From Eledone cirrhosa (Eukaryota), in the NCBI GenBank assembly GCA_964016885.1, contig OZ024743.1:150350001-150414000 (forward strand): a stretch of 64,000 bases of DNA, written 5' to 3'. The position numbers and the translations under genes are program-made. Positions 51,543-61,584 of this stretch are shown here, piece after piece. The notes under the pieces are model-generated. The model ran no database searches, was not told where the DNA came from, and saw only the letters and a program-made list of their open reading frames with translations. Position 1 is the stretch's first letter; every line of letters starts with the position of its first letter.

Positions 51543-52333
51543 TATACCACTATTAGCCACTAAAGGGTTCTCCCTAAAAATGAAAGGCAGGTTGTATGAT
51601 GCCTGCATACGAACAGCAATGTTGCATAGCAGTGAGACCTGGGCATTGTGTGCAGAGGATATACGCAGACTAGAGAGGAATGAAGCTTGCATGCTCCGCT
51701 GGATGTGTAATAGTAATATATGTGAACGGCAAAGCATAAACGAACTAAGGAAAAAATTAGAAATAAGAGGGATCAGATGTTGTTTACTCGAGAGAAGGCT
51801 ACGTTGGTATGGACACATGATGCGCATGAAAGACGACAGCTGTATAACAAAGTGCAGGGCAATAAAGATAGATGGTAGCCACAGAGTAGGCAGACCCAGA
51901 AAAACCTGGGACGAGCTGATAAATTCCGACCTCACACACTTACACCTCTCCAAGACAATGTCACTGGACCAAGACCTTTGGCGGTACTCAGTAATAGAGA
52001 AGACCCACCTTATCTAAATACAAAGTGAAACCTACTACAGTCAGTAGGCACCTCTAACAAAATACATCCCCGTCCCACTACCCCCTCCCCATCCACAACG
52101 CCCCTTTCAATGTAAAGTTATGTTGGTGCCACAACATCCAGGCCGAAACAAATGAGATCGTGTAGGTGTCACGACAAAAAAACACACAGTCCACGCTGTA
52201 ATGTGGCCGTGTAGGCAACACGGTAAAAACCTCCCAGTCCCACACTGTAAATGTGGTTGGTGTTAGGAAGGGCATCCAGCTGTAGAAAACCGGCCAGACA
52301 GTCCTATGCGAGCAATGACAACCACTCTTGCCT
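51543..52333 (+). mobile_element. RTE copy nearly identical to 49350-50135, opposite orientation
   Basis: ORF 51493-52017 is almost identical to ORF 49665-50243; 3'UTR mirrored. Confidence 0.92.
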
Positions 52334-52641
52334 ATGTATGTACATATATATACATATATAAGTATGTATATATGTATATGTGTATATGTCTGTGTGTGGG
52401 GGTCATATATGTGCATACATATATAGAACCCATGCTAGCATGGAAAGTGGACGTTAAACGAGGATGATGATGATGATGATATGAATATATATGTGTACTT
52501 CTGTATGTGTCACCTTCATCATCATTTTACATCTGCTTTTCTCTGATAGCTTGAATCATTATAGATGTGTCTTTGTCAACAGAGTCATTATTATTTAGAG
52601 TAACTACCCTCCTAGATGGGTTGAAACCCATGTCTTGATCG

Positions 52642-52858
52642 TATGAGGAAGGACTGAAAAGTTCATAGGCTGACAATAACGGAGTGATGCTAGAGCTGTG
52701 AAATCTTGCAGGCATTAATTTCAACTCTTCATATTAATAACTGCATTGTTTCTTTCCAGGGACTATGTTGAAAAATAAAACTCATTTGGTCATTTCACGA
52801 GAGTATCTTGGCCCGCCAATGAACTTTTCAGCATACAAACTTTTCAGCTGACCTTCAT
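52642..52858. mobile_element. mariner-type MITE
   Basis: TATGAGG..CTGAAAAGTTCAT / AACTTTTCAGCTGACCTTCATA; homologous to 42536-42721. Confidence 0.8.
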
Positions 52859-53599
52859 ATGTTCTATTTTTGGCCCAACTTCTTCAGCAGAATGCCCTTT
52901 CTGTTGCCAACTACTTTGTAGATTATAGTTGGTAAATGTTATCATGGCCACAGCATTAATGAGAATTCTTTGTCTCCAGCAAGGTTAAATAACCCTATCT
53001 CTCTCCCTACATTGTCTCTTCCCTTACAGATAAAGCAAGTGTGATGAAAGAAAACCAGAGCAAGAAGGTGAAAAAAGAGAGTATTGAAGAGCAACATGAG
53101 GTTAAAATGAGAGGGTAATAGAGAGGACAGCTACATTGTGATAGAAAAAGAGTAATGGAGGTTGTGGAAGTGACAGAAGAGAGAGTGTGATGGAAGACAA
53201 AGGAAAGAGAATGATGTGAAAGAAAGTATTGGATGTCAACAATGAGTGAAATCACAGGCAGTTATATGAAAGAGAGAGTAATGGCTAGCTACACATATTG
53301 TTGATGGTGAGAGCATGGGAGTAATGGATGTCAATAAGGTGTGAGTAATGGATAGGAATAAAGGAGGGATGCTGGTGATGGGGGATTGGATACAGGCAGA
53401 TTTAATGCAATCTCTCCTAATACATAGTGTGATGGGAGGGATATAGAGTGATAGCATCCAGACATATTGATGGGAATTAGGTGAATGATAGATGAAAGAG
53501 TAGCAAAACTAGAGAGAGAATTGTATATGGAAACTTAATATGTACATAGGAGTCAAGATTCCATCATTACCAATACCATCATTTTTATGTTATTCTTTC

Positions 53600-54000
53600 C
53601 TTATCTGAACAGTATATAACATACATACATATGTAAGTACATACATACATATGTCATACAAACATACATACATACATAATACATACATACATATATATAT
53701 ATATATGTATGCATAAATGCATACATACATAATACATACATACATGCATACATACCCACATGCATACCTGTATATATATACAATCATACAAGCAAGCATG
53801 CATACATACATGTATGCATGCATACATGCACGCACACACACACATGCATAAATACATACTTACACACAAATGTATATAGACCAGCAAAACTTCCCAGATA
53901 TGATAGATAGAAGAAAAGAGCTACACCAGCATTTGAACTTGGAGAACAAAGAGCTAAAATAAATATCCCAACGCATTCTATCTCAATCAACTGCCTAATG

Positions 54001-54069
<69 letters not shown>

Positions 54070-54170
54070 ATACTATATATATATGTGTGTGTGTGCAAGC
54101 AAGTATACATACACATATGTAATTATGCATATTTATGTATGTGTGTGTGCACAAATATATGTGTGAGTGA
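53600..54170. repeat. (TACA)n/(TA)n/(TG)n compound microsatellite field
   Basis: Directly visible; source of the spurious MYVC-rich ORFs. Confidence 0.9.
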
Positions 54171-55365
54171 TAATCAATAGGTTAAAATATGGCTATGTAA
54201 TCAATTAAATGAAACAGGGACACTATTATAAATCACATATTATTTGAAACAATGGCAGCTCTCAGAAACTGTTAATCATAAATGTATTTTCATAAAGATT
54301 AATCCAGAAAATTCACCACTTTAAAGAAGGCTTATGCTTATAGTTGATATAGAAAGTACTTCCCTGTTCCCTACCACTCTGATCCTTTAGAATTAATAAC
54401 CGTCACTGGCTTTCATGTCCCTTTGATAAATTTCATGGTTGCCCTGTTTGAATTGAAATTTTAGTCAATCATGCTGAACTCTGTTTTGCCTATTAATAGG
54501 ATTAAACTTGCTTTTGTGGTGAAAAGGGTAAGAACGAATCTTTTTATTTATTTTTTTTTTATTTCATTTTATTGTATTTTGTTTACAAAAAAGAAACCAG
54601 TCTAGCTATGGTGCATTCTAGTTTCTCTTGCTTAATTTATGTAAAACTAAATTGGTTGCCATAAAAAAGTAAAATTTCTGTAAAAAATAATGTAGCACTG
54701 TTCACTTGCTGTATGTATTTTATTATTATTATTATTATTTGTTATCTAAATTATATAGAATATACAAGAAAAAGCTTTTGACAGGCAAACTTAGAGGGAG
54801 AGTATAATAATGGACATATTAACCAGTGTAGCTATTTTAATACAAAATAATTGGAATATATCTATAATTTTAAATTAATTTTCTATCTCAAAAGCTTATT
54901 CTCCACTCTAAGAAATATTTTATACTATATTACAAAATTTAGCTATATTGAATATTCACATACATACATACATACATACAGACAGACAGACATGCATGCA
55001 TACACACTTACACACATACATACATACATACATACATACATACATACATAAAATTAAATAGGGAGAAATACATTGAGACTGGTGGAATCTAAAAATAAAA
55101 ACTGCCAAATTAAAGTACAACTGGCCCAATATTGTTGTTTGGGAACACATTGAAAACATGCTTGGTTGTAGAAGACAGCTGCATACTTAATGTCAATATG
55201 GTAGGAAAAATGCTAGAGAAGGCAGATATCTATGGACCATTGATGAGGAGTTTGCAGATCCAGTATCCATTCAGCTTTATACTCATTATTATTGTAACTA
55301 CAGGTTACAATAATTCTACTCAGTAGAATGTTTGTGGTTGAGTTTCCACTAGGTTAAAGATATTA

Positions 55366-55560
55366 GGGCGGTGGATTGGCAGTATCGGTAGAGAGTCGGA
55401 CACCATGCTTTGCAGCAAAGAGTTACGGCCCTTTATGGTGTGAGTTCCAATCCCGCCGAGGTTAACTTTGCCTTTCATCCTTATGGGGTCGATAAAATAA
55501 AGTACCAGTAATACACTGGAATAATTGCTGGCCTTGTGCCAAAAGTAGAAACAATTATTG
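55366..55560 (+). mobile_element. SINE family A, full length
   Basis: Head, central domain and tail as at 8596-8790. Confidence 0.88.
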
Positions 55561-56774
55561 TAACTACAGGTTATATACCAAACTGCCTGGACCAAAGTAT
55601 AACTGAATTTGGAGTTGTGGACAAAGAACATCAATCTTTAATTCATAAGCTACCATGATATCTTTGCTAAAACCAATGAAAACAGTGTGAATTGTGTTAA
55701 TTCAATTGATCTTTCTATAATTTGCTTTGTTCTATTGAGCCTTTTTTTTTTTAGGATGGCAGACATCCTGAGAAAAGAAAAGCAGAAATAGAGGTCATAT
55801 TTTTATACAAGATGGTTGTGAGTAATTTGTAGATGTGGCTTATAAGTTTTACCGGACTGGAAATGTTATATTTGTTTTGAATAACCGTTACAAAAATTAC
55901 AACAATAAGGGAACTTTTGATAATGATTGGTATATATCTAGTTGTTAAAAAGTTTGAGTAGAATGTTTGTGGTTGAGTTTCCACTAGGTTAAAGATATTC
56001 TGCATAAAGCTTGTGCTTCCACTAGGTTAAAGATGTTTCCACTAGGTTAAAGATATTCTGCATAAAGCTTGTGCTTTTTCATGTTTTGAATTGAACATCA
56101 GTTTCATTTACCTCAGATGTTATTGTTTAAATGTTAAATTCATTTCTGGCTGTTTTGTTATATATATCAGCATATTACTCCTCATAGAAGGTTGCCTAAT
56201 GTTCCAGAATATCATCATTATTTGTTAAGACAACTTATAATGCTGAGCACTTGAAATGGAGGGAATATGTGAAAGAGGAAACCCAAAGAAGACATGGGAC
56301 AAAATTGCAAAGAATGACCTTAAGAAATTGAACCTCATGAAAGAGATGATAGGATTGAACTGACTGGCGATGTTCCATAATACAAAAGAGCCTTACACCA
56401 ATACAAGAACTGCAACAATAAAAGAAAATGTGGAGAGAGAGACCGAAGGACAAAGTGTTTGGGAATCAAAATGAAATGGAGATAATATAGGCTTTGAGAG
56501 GACTATTTCATTTGGCCTACCACTTGACAACTTCTCTAGTGTTGGTGCCATGATAAAGGGCACTCAATACATATTATAAGGCATCACAGTTGGTACTTGA
56601 TAAAATGCACCAAATCTACTTTATAAAGTGGTAGTGCTGGAGCCAAAATAATGCATCCAGTGCATTCAATAAGGTGGTGATGTTAAGAAGGGCATCAAAC
56701 CATATTAAATATGGAACCTAGGAGCAGGCCAGTGTGGAAAGTGGATGTAAAATGATGATGATGATGATATAAGT

Positions 56775-56810
<36 letters not shown>

Positions 56811-56877
56811 AATCCAGAGTGAAATCAGAGGGTAACTGCAATAAATAAGGTGTTCAATATGTAAGTAGAGTGAGAAC

Positions 56878-57023
56878 AACGAAAATTTAATATAGAAATG
56901 GCTTGTACAGGACTAGAGCTGTTTCATTCCTATGAAATTATCAGAAATGCACATTGCTGATGATGTAATATGAAGGAAACAGTTCTAGTCCTGTAGAAGC
57001 CATTTCTACATTAAATTTTTGTT
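56878..57023. repeat. Palindrome with outward-facing decayed HHR cores
   Basis: Arms AAAATTTAAT.TAGAAATGGCTT.TACAGGACTAGA.CTGTTTC; plus strand CTGATGA..GAAAC, minus strand CTGATAA-T-TTC-ATAG-GAA-T-GAAAC. Confidence 0.85.
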
Positions 57024-57049
57024 ATATATATATGAAAGAGTATATATAT

Positions 57050-57175
57050 TTATATATACAGTCTCAGTTACACACTCTGCACTGATGCAGTCTCAGTTAC
57101 ACACTCTGTATTTATACAGATATAACATTATAATATATATAACCCATGCAATCATGGAAAAGCGGATGTAAAAAC

Positions 57176-57231
<56 letters not shown>

Positions 57232-57495
57232 CGATGATGATCATGATATATAATGCTGATGGTGATAACGATGATGATAATGATGATGATATAGCAGCTA
57301 ATTCCAGACTGCCAGTCTGAAACTAGCTATGTCTGGAACTAGCTATTGAAACAGCAAGAGCTCAGCTGTCGTGGGTCCCGACTCTTTCATATAACCATAT
57401 TCTACTATCCCAAATATCGAGTACTCTGGTGAGTAATGGTCTAACCAGTTTTTTACTGTATCTATCTTGATTTTTATATATATATATATATATAT

Positions 57496-57527
<32 letters not shown>

Positions 57528-57632
57528 TTTAACATCTGCTTTTCCATGCTTGCATGGGTTATATATATGATAAAGTTATATCTGTATAAATACAGAGTGT
57601 GTAACTAAGACTGCATCAAAGTGTATAAATAT
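57050..57632. repeat. Local inverted duplication (57050-57190 vs 57497-57632) including an RTE tail; third partial copy at 58268-58338
   Basis: TGCAGTCTCAGTTACACACTCTGTATTTATACAGATATAAC..AACCCATGCAA mirrored. Confidence 0.85.
57284..57375 (+). ncRNA. HHR-like motif with long stem II and 5-bp stem III; 5' end lost in (ATG)n
   Basis: TGATGA-T-ATAGC..TTCCAGAC-TGCCA-..GTCTGGAACTAGCTAT-T-GAA-ACAGC-AAGAGCTCA-GCTGT-C; related fragment at 34893-34940. Confidence 0.5.
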
Positions 57633-57778
57633 ATTCACATATCTAATATGTAGGCATGTAAATATGACAGAAATACGAACCTCTCTGTAAAATGAAAAAT
57701 GATAAACACCTTTAATCCATTTTTGGACCTTATTGGATCTTCATCAGAAGACGTGTCATCATCATCATCATCATTTCA

Positions 57779-58101
57779 TTTTACGTCCGCTTTTTCCCTG
57801 CTTGCAAGGGTGGGACGGGAACTGATTCTGGCTTGATTTCTACAGCTGGATGCCCTTCCTAACACCAACCTCATTTACAGTGAGTGCTGGGTGCTTTTTT
57901 GCCGTGGCACCTCCACGACCACTTTGCAGTGGAATGATAGGGACCCCAGTCCCTATCATCTCATTTCTACAGCTGAGTAAACTGGAGCAATGTGAAATAA
58001 AGTGTCTTGCTCAAGGAAACAACACATCGCCCGGTCTGAGAATTGAACTCACAACCTTTTGATTGCAAGGCCAATGCTCTAACCACTAAGCCATGTGCCT
58101 C
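57779..58101 (-). mobile_element. SINE family B copy
   Basis: Near-identical to 19846-20168, with (TGA)n tail. Confidence 0.88.
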
Positions 58102-58339
58102 GTGTATATCATTCAATCAACAACAAGGAAATATGTATTTGATAGGTATATATACCCATTTGTTCTTAGTTTTATTTTGAAATGGACATACTAATTGTCA
58201 TATAATTAGTGCTTGTGTTGGTAATTAATTAAGATATATTAGTAAGAAGGGTGCTAGCAGCCAAAGTGTATGATAAAGTTATACCTGTATAAGTACAGAG
58301 TAAGTAACTGAGACTGCACCAACGTGTATAAATATATCA

Positions 58340-61300
58340 TCATGATCTCACAACTGGTGCAGCCAGTCATAGAGGTGCCACCCCAGATGCTTTTGCATTC
58401 TCCATTCTCAGTCATGCAGAGAAGGGTCTCAATGTTGTGACCAGTCTAGTCTTTGATGTTGTCAGGCCAGGATTTTCTTTGTCTGCCTCTTCTTTGCCCT
58501 CCCTCAACTGTGCCCTGAAGGATGGTTTTGAACAAGGAATTGTGGGTGGATACATGACCATACCAGGCAAGCATCAGTCTTTTCACCATTGGAAGGAGTG
58601 GTTCCTGTCTTCCAGCATATTTTTTAACTTGCTGCCTGACAAAGTTGTTTGTTTTGTATGGGATGTGTAGCAGCCTTCTGAAACACTTGTGTTCAAATGA
58701 CTGGATTCTTCATTCCATGTCAGTTCTCACATCCATACAAAAGGATTGAAGACATCAACGACTTGTACTGTTTCAGCTTCGTTGGAAAGCAGATGGAGTT
58801 GCTTTTCTATATGACATTCAACTTTACCATGGTAGAAGAAGCCAAGGTGAGTCTTGTCAGTATCTTCTTTTGAGATCTGCCATATTTGATCAGAGCAGAT
58901 CATAGATACTTGAAGGTGTCCACATCTTCAAGACTTCCTCCGTTCAGCATGATGCTGGTTGTTGGATTTCTAATTATTATTGTTATCATAATCTTGCTCT
59001 TTTCTGAGCTGATCTCCATTCCATATGCTCCTAATATTTTTTCCAATCTGGTAGAGAGCTCCTGGAGTTCTGTTTCACTAACAGGTCAATGTCATCAGCA
59101 AATCAAAGGTTGGAAATGGGCCATCCTTCAATGGAAATTGAGGTGTGGAAGTCTTGGAGAGTCTCTTGCATGATGTTTTCCAGGAAGATGCTGGAGAAAA
59201 GAGACACCCTTGTCAAACACCCACTGTTGTCTTAAAGAATTCTCCAGTGTTGTTATTCAGAACTGCACTGTTTGAGTTGTCATATATATATATATATATG
59301 TACTTGAATGAGGTTGATGTCAAAGTTGTAATCCTTCATCACCTTCTACTAGCCCCCATGCTAAACAAGGTCAAAGGCTTTTTTAAAGTCAAATTGGTGC
59401 TGCAGGTGTTTCTCACTGAGCAGTCTGATGTTAAATATTTGCTCTGTTGTACTTCTTTTGGATCTGAATTCTGACTGTTTATCTGCCAGAATTTATTTTG
59501 TTTTTCCTTTAAGTCTGTTTGCTGGGGTGGCCAATTAGGCTGATTACTCTCTAATTCTGTCAGAGTCTTAAATTTCCTTTTGTGGGAATGGGTATTATCA
59601 GGGATTGGGTCCACTCCTTTGGCCATTTCTTTGTTTCCCATATCTCTTGATGGGTAACTATCAGTGCCTTAATAAGTTTTGGCCCACCATGTTTTAGGAG
59701 TTCTGATGGAATGTTATTGACTCCTGGGGATTTCCCATCTTTAAGCATGTGCACCACCTCTTTGACTTCCTCCTGGAGAATTGGAGTATCCTCAATTTCA
59801 TTGTTCTTATTGGTGGAATTGTCCAGGATGTTGATGTCATGTTTTATTCTGTGGTTATAAAGGTCATCACAATATTCAGACCATCTTTTGATGACATGGG
59901 CTTGAACTGTTAGGAGAAAGCCAGTTTTGTCTTCAATGGGAGTGGTGTGTTGCTTTCTTTTTGTTTGCCTTTTCATGGTTTCATAAGCAGCCTGACCAGA
60001 TGGACAAAGTGTCTTTATAATCCTGCACTATACACTACTGAGTCGGCTAGTAAAAAGTAATTATGAATCACTACCTCCTTACAGACAACTGACACTGCAC
60101 ACTAGGTCCGAAAACAGAAGAGTCGAACTCCCACTTCAATCTCTCTATTATGAGCAAATTGGGTCCCACGCACTGGCCACCTCACGGCCCTGGTGGACAG
60201 AATGGAGAAGGCATTTCCCTGGAGGATGGTAAGGGAGATACACTGGAAGAACCATTCCATCTCGTGAGTCTCACACCAGCAGCTAGCCAGCTCAGCGCCT
60301 ATGGTGGTAAGTAGGGAGGTAGCCCTAGGACCAAGGACACCAGAAGTCTCTACTGCTAGGGGCTTGACTGAAAACCTGTCAGAGAGTGACTGATACTTGG
60401 AGAATTTACCCTCCTCAGCCTGAAGTGCAGCAGAACCTGGGTTAGTTGGAGACTACACCAGGTTGCAGCTGGAGAATGTGTCGCTGCAAGTGGCATCCCA
60501 GACGAAGGATTTACCACTATGGAACGTCCCCTTGGTCCAGCACAACCAGCTCGAACTGGGAAGGGAAGCCTGCAGCATCCAAGCGATGCTTTATGAATTT
60601 GTTGAGGGCAGCATGGCTTGGAAGGCAGCCGGCACTGTAACAACAAGAAAGTGGGTGGAGGCCGAAAGAGTCCACAGTGGATCCACAGCGACATTTGTGT
60701 GGCTCGCAGATCCAGAGGCCAAGCCTCAGGGAAAACTCAATCCTTGCCCTTTTTTTATTCCAGCTTCAATGTTTTTGCACTGATCTGATATCCACTTCTC
60801 ATTAGATTTCCCCATTTTTTTCATAACCTTCTTTTTCAGTGTTGTATTGTTGTTTTGCCTCCTGATGTGTTAGTTTTGTCTTCCTTAAATCCCGTCTTAA
60901 ATCATGTAGGTACAAGATATCATCAATCACCCATGGTTTATTTTTCATTCTCTTTCTCCCCAACACTTCTAAAACTTCTTTGATGTGGTCAGTTAAGAAG
61001 TTAATATCTTCTAGAAGTTTAGGGGCTGCAAACCTGTCATCAATGTTTGTCTCAAACATTGCTGCAATACTAGGATTCCCTAGTTTGTCTACATCAAACC
61101 TGATATGCGTGGCTCCCATTTTATGGATCTTTTTCTATTTAAGCGTTAGTGTCATCAGAACCAAATCATGATCACTGTTTACATTTGCACCAGGGAAGGT
61201 ACTAGTCCTTGCCTTAGTGATATTGGACTTGGACTTCTGAGGTGCGAGGATGAAGTTAATTCGGTTTTGAGTCCTGCCATCGGGTGTATGCCATGTACTC

Positions 61301-61578
61301 TGTGAGGTCCTGTGTAGGAACAAACAGTGTGTTGGCTATTGTCAGTTTGTCAGTACTGGCAAATTCTAGGAGGCGGAGTTCACTTCCAAATCGTCCTGCT
61401 GTCTCAGTCCAGTGCTCATATGCACTTAGGCCTACTTTGGTATTTCCGTCTCCTAAGACAATGAGGATGTCTTTTTTGGAGCTTTCCAGATGATTTTTTC
61501 CAGGTCCTCATAGAACTTTTCATCATCATAATTGAGTGTTGGTTCATAGATTTGTACAATCGCAATGTTCTGTTGTCT
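58340..61578 (-). mobile_element. RTE LINE remnant (APE endonuclease + RT), interrupted at ~59994-60735
   Basis: IVQIYEPT..FYEDL..ILIVLGD; TWHTPDGRTQNRINFIL..SDHDLV; LKDGKSPGVNNIPSELLKHGG..WPKEWTQSLIIPIP; VGV*QGCL; FKYL. Confidence 0.88.
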
Positions 61579-61584
61579 TGCAGC

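Noticed and set aside
54490-54535. Plus-strand micro-exon ending AAGG/GTAAGA
   Set aside because: Isolated splice-like sites with no supporting ORF; expected by chance in 64 kb
57715-57755. Minus-strand CTGATGAAGATCCAATAAGGTCC HHR-like motif
   Set aside because: GAAA and stems I/III are absent; too decayed to call
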